DNA of 64,000 nucleotides from Rickettsiaceae bacterium (GTDB lineage Bacteria; Pseudomonadota; Alphaproteobacteria; Rickettsiales; UBA1997): NCBI GenBank assembly GCA_021323225.1, contig JAJTCH010000002.1, positions 76,425 to 140,424 of the forward strand, read 5' to 3'. Shown piece by piece: positions 61,190 to 64,000 of this stretch (position 1 is its first letter; each line of letters starts with the position of its first letter). The notes under the pieces were generated by a model. It saw only the letters and a program-made list of their open reading frames with translations, ran no database searches and was not told where the DNA came from. The position numbers and the translations under genes were made by a program.

Positions 61190-62260
61190 ATGATTGAAGC
61201 TAAAAAATACATTTTAGAAATTGATCCTTACAAACCTGGCAAGTCTAAAACTGCAAGCAACGGCCAAGTTATAAAATTATCTTCTAATGAAAATGCTTTA
61301 GGCTCTAGCCCAAAAGCACTGCAAGCTTATCTTGATCACAGTAAAACAGTTTTTCGTTATGCTGATGGCAGCTGCTCTGAGCTTAGAAATGCCATTGCCG
61401 GGAAATATAAAATTGATGCAGAAAAGATCGTTTGTGGCGCTGGCTCTGATGAAATAATTGCTCTTCTCACCCATGCTTTTTGCGATGTTGGAGATGAAGT
61501 CTTATATAGCGAATATGGATTTTTGATGTATCCGATTTCAGCCAAAAGAGTAGGGGCTAAGCCTGTTATTGCTAAAGAAATTGAGCTCACTGCCAATGTT
61601 GATAATATTTTGGCTCAAATCACTGACAAAACTAAAATCATCTTTCTTGCCAATCCCAACAATCCAACCGGCTCTTATTTAAGCCATATTGAGGTTGAAC
61701 GGCTAATTAAAAATGTTCGCAGTGATATTCTGGTAGTACTTGATTTGGCATATGCTGAATTTGTTGATGAAGCAGATTATCCGGATGCAATAAAACTGGT
61801 TAACCAATATGAGAATGTTGTGATGATGCGCACTTTCTCAAAGATTTATGGGCTGGCATCTTTGCGTCTTGGCTGGTCATATTCTTCGCTTTATGTTGCC
61901 GATGTTTTGAATAGAACGAGAGGTCCTTTTAATGTTTCCGGCGCTGCACAGCACGCTGGAGTTGCAGCAATTAATGATGACGAGTTCATTGCCAAATCAA
62001 AAGCCCATAATCAAAATTGGCTAAAAATTTTGGCTGAAGAATTAACTAAAATTGGCATAAAATTTTACCCTTCGGTTGCCAATTTCATTTTGCTTGATTT
62101 CAAATCTGCCGCAGAATGCGCAAAAGCCAACCAATTTTTGCTGGATAACGGCGTTATTTTAAGGGAAATGGGCGCTTATAATCTGCCTAACTGCCTTAGA
62201 ATGACAATTGGCACTGATGATGAAAATAAAAGAGTTTTAGAGTTACTTAAGAAGGCCTAG
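61190..62260 (+). CDS. hisC: histidinol-phosphate aminotransferase
   Basis: LSSNENALG, NPNNPTG and the PLP-Lys motif RTFSKIYGLASLRLGW. Confidence 0.9.
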   Translation: MIEAKKYILEIDPYKPGKSKTASNGQVIKLSSNENALGSSPKALQAYLDHSKTVFRYADGSCSELRNAIAGKYKIDAEKIVCGAGSDEIIALLTHAFCDVGDEVLYSEYGFLMYPISAKRVGAKPVIAKEIELTANVDNILAQITDKTKIIFLANPNNPTGSYLSHIEVERLIKNVRSDILVVLDLAYAEFVDEADYPDAIKLVNQYENVVMMRTFSKIYGLASLRLGWSYSSLYVADVLNRTRGPFNVSGAAQHAGVAAINDDEFIAKSKAHNQNWLKILAEELTKIGIKFYPSVANFILLDFKSAAECAKANQFLLDNGVILREMGAYNLPNCLRMTIGTDDENKRVLELLKKA

Positions 62261-62278
62261 ATAAACGATATTCTTCCG

Positions 62279-64000
62279 ATGCTTAATCCTGCCCAAAAAG
62301 AAGCCATATTACATTATGGCAGCCCATTATTGATTCTAGCCGGTGCCGGCACCGGTAAAACTCGGGTTTTAACCGAGAGAATGGTCCATATCATCAATTC
62401 TTATTTGGCCAATCCCCATCAAATTCTGGCGGTAACTTTCACCAATAAGGCAGCCTTTGAAATGAAGCGCCGCGTTGCTGATAAAATTGGTGATTTAGGC
62501 AATAATATTTGGATGGGAACTTTTCATTCAATTGCCACCAGAATTCTAAAACGCCATCCTGAAATTGTTGGTTTGAAATCGGATTTTACCATTATTGATG
62601 CCGATGATTCTCTGAGACTGATCAAGCAAATCACTGCTGATCTAGGAATTGATGCCAAGGAATTTCCTGTCAAAAATTATCAATATCAAATTGAAAGGTT
62701 GAAGGACAAAGTTCTGCTCCCCACTGATTTATCCACCAATTTTCCTGAAAAACTGCCTAAATTTTTAGAAGTTTATAGCAAATACCAAAGCCGCTTAATT
62801 GCCTTAAACTGCGCAGATTTTGGAGATTTACTACCCTATAATTTAAAGATTTTCTCCGGCTCTCCGGAAACACTAAATTATTACCAGGACAAGTTTCATC
62901 ATATTCTGGTCGATGAATATCAAGATACCAACAATGCCCAATATCAATGGTTATTAAAGCTAGCTGGCAAGCAACAGGAAGTTTGTGTAGTGGGTGATGA
63001 TGACCAATCAATTTATAGCTGGCGCGGGGCAGAAATTGCCAATATTTTGCGTTTTGAAAAGGACTTTCCAAATACCAAAATCATTCGACTGGAACAAAAT
63101 TACCGCTCTACTTCAAACATTCTCAAAGCAGCTTCACATCTCATTCAACACAATAACCATCGTCATGATAAAACTCTTTGGACCGAAGGCTTAGCTGGAG
63201 AAAAAATAAAATTGCTGGGTTTTTTGAGCGATAGAATGGAAGCGGCAAGCATTGCCGATATTATCCGTAATTTACAAAGAAAAGAAAAAATCAATTTAAA
63301 CGATATCGCTATTTTAGTTCGCGCCGGTTATCAGACCAGATCCTTTGAAGAAATGTTCATGGGCGCTGGTCTTCCATATCGCATTATCGGTGGCCTGAAA
63401 TTTTATGACCGAAAAGAAATTAAAGACGCAATTGCCTATCTACGGGTTGTGCAAAATTTAGCCGATGATCTGGCTTTTGAACGCATAATAAATTTGCCAA
63501 AAAGAGGTGTTGGCGAAACAGGAATTTCCACTTTAAAACAAAAAGCCCAAGATGAAAAATGTTCTCTGTTTTTGGCAATCAAAAGATCAGTTGCTGGAGG
63601 CAATTTAAAAGGTAAAGCAAAACAAGCTTTGGAAGATTTGGTAAATAATCTGGAAAAATGGCAAAGCCTAATAGCTTCAACTGCGCTTACAGATTTGGTA
63701 AAGCAAGTTCTAGAAGAATCCGGCTATATCAGCATGTGGCAGAACGAAAAAACGCCAGACGCCGCTGCCAGAGTAGAAAATCTGCAGGAATTTGTTGGTA
63801 GCTTAATGGAGTTTGAAGATCTGGCCAGTTTTCTAGACCATGTCAGCCTGGTTAGCGGCGATGAAAAAATCGATACCAAAAAAGAGATGGTCAATATTAT
63901 GACTGTTCACAGTGCCAAAGGTCTGGAGTTTGAGGTTGTGTTTATTCCTGGTTTAGAAGATGGAGTTTTTCCAAGCGGCAGAGCAACTTCAGAACGCAAT
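62279..64000 (+). CDS. uvrD: ATP-dependent DNA helicase, UvrD/PcrA/Rep family, partial (runs off right edge)
   Basis: ATG at 62279 preceded by an in-frame stop. MLNPAQKEAILHYGSPLLILAGAGTGKTRVL (motif I), VTFTNKAAFEM, ILVDEYQDTN (motif II), VGDDDQSIYSWRGA, QNYRST and TVHSAKGLEF. The frame stays open to position 64000. Confidence 0.95.
   Translation, partial: MLNPAQKEAILHYGSPLLILAGAGTGKTRVLTERMVHIINSYLANPHQILAVTFTNKAAFEMKRRVADKIGDLGNNIWMGTFHSIATRILKRHPEIVGLKSDFTIIDADDSLRLIKQITADLGIDAKEFPVKNYQYQIERLKDKVLLPTDLSTNFPEKLPKFLEVYSKYQSRLIALNCADFGDLLPYNLKIFSGSPETLNYYQDKFHHILVDEYQDTNNAQYQWLLKLAGKQQEVCVVGDDDQSIYSWRGAEIANILRFEKDFPNTKIIRLEQNYRSTSNILKAASHLIQHNNHRHDKTLWTEGLAGEKIKLLGFLSDRMEAASIADIIRNLQRKEKINLNDIAILVRAGYQTRSFEEMFMGAGLPYRIIGGLKFYDRKEIKDAIAYLRVVQNLADDLAFERIINLPKRGVGETGISTLKQKAQDEKCSLFLAIKRSVAGGNLKGKAKQALEDLVNNLEKWQSLIASTALTDLVKQVLEESGYISMWQNEKTPDAAARVENLQEFVGSLMEFEDLASFLDHVSLVSGDEKIDTKKEMVNIMTVHSAKGLEFEVVFIPGLEDGVFPSGRATSERN

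Overview
AT-rich, gene-dense bacterial chromosome segment. By eye, from the protein types and with no search run, it looks like a reduced alphaproteobacterial intracellular symbiont (Rickettsiales/Holosporales-like). I support about 55 protein genes and one tRNA-Ser(GCU). I found no rRNA, CRISPR, transposase or integrase. Most of the window is housekeeping: argB, rpmE, recO, rlmN, bolA-family, hisZ, family-4 UDG, nrdR, mutS, efp, pntB, clpB, a ZnuB-like permease, a GT4 glycosyltransferase, purA, a DsbD-family reductase, gatA, cspA, recF, dnaN, rpmB, secB, glpX, rpmG, lipA, purB, glnA, parA/parB with two identical parS-like sites, lpxC, gyrA, hisC and uvrD (partial). A short palindromic MITE-like repeat family (5 copies) sits in intergenic 3' regions. 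The stand-out is a ~16 kb accessory block (33.6-49.6 kb) between lipA and a GATase gene, containing three things. (i) Four tandem minus-strand paralogs of an unrecognised family (Family A), with Ser-rich disordered N-termini carrying conserved short motifs including repeated R-R-x-S sites, followed by shuffled alpha-helical modules; a decayed fifth copy and a duplicated spacer lie among them. (ii) Three tandem paralogs of a second unrecognised family (Family B) with eukaryote-like type I membrane architecture: signal peptide, conserved ectodomain, Pro/Thr/Ser mucin-like linker growing from ~12 to ~60 to ~240 aa, a Cys-containing domain, a single C-terminal TM helix with juxtamembrane Cys cluster, and a cytoplasmic tail. 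(iii) A small helical protein and an autotransporter. I read the block as a candidate undescribed host-interaction or effector locus. Other items worth a look are an orphan TrbC/VirB2-like pilin with a Cys-rich N-terminal extension, an ankyrin-repeat protein with a possible His/Cys protease-like core, a secreted phytochelatin-synthase-like protein and an oversized S66-peptidase-like protein. All functional calls come from motif recognition by eye, with no database search.
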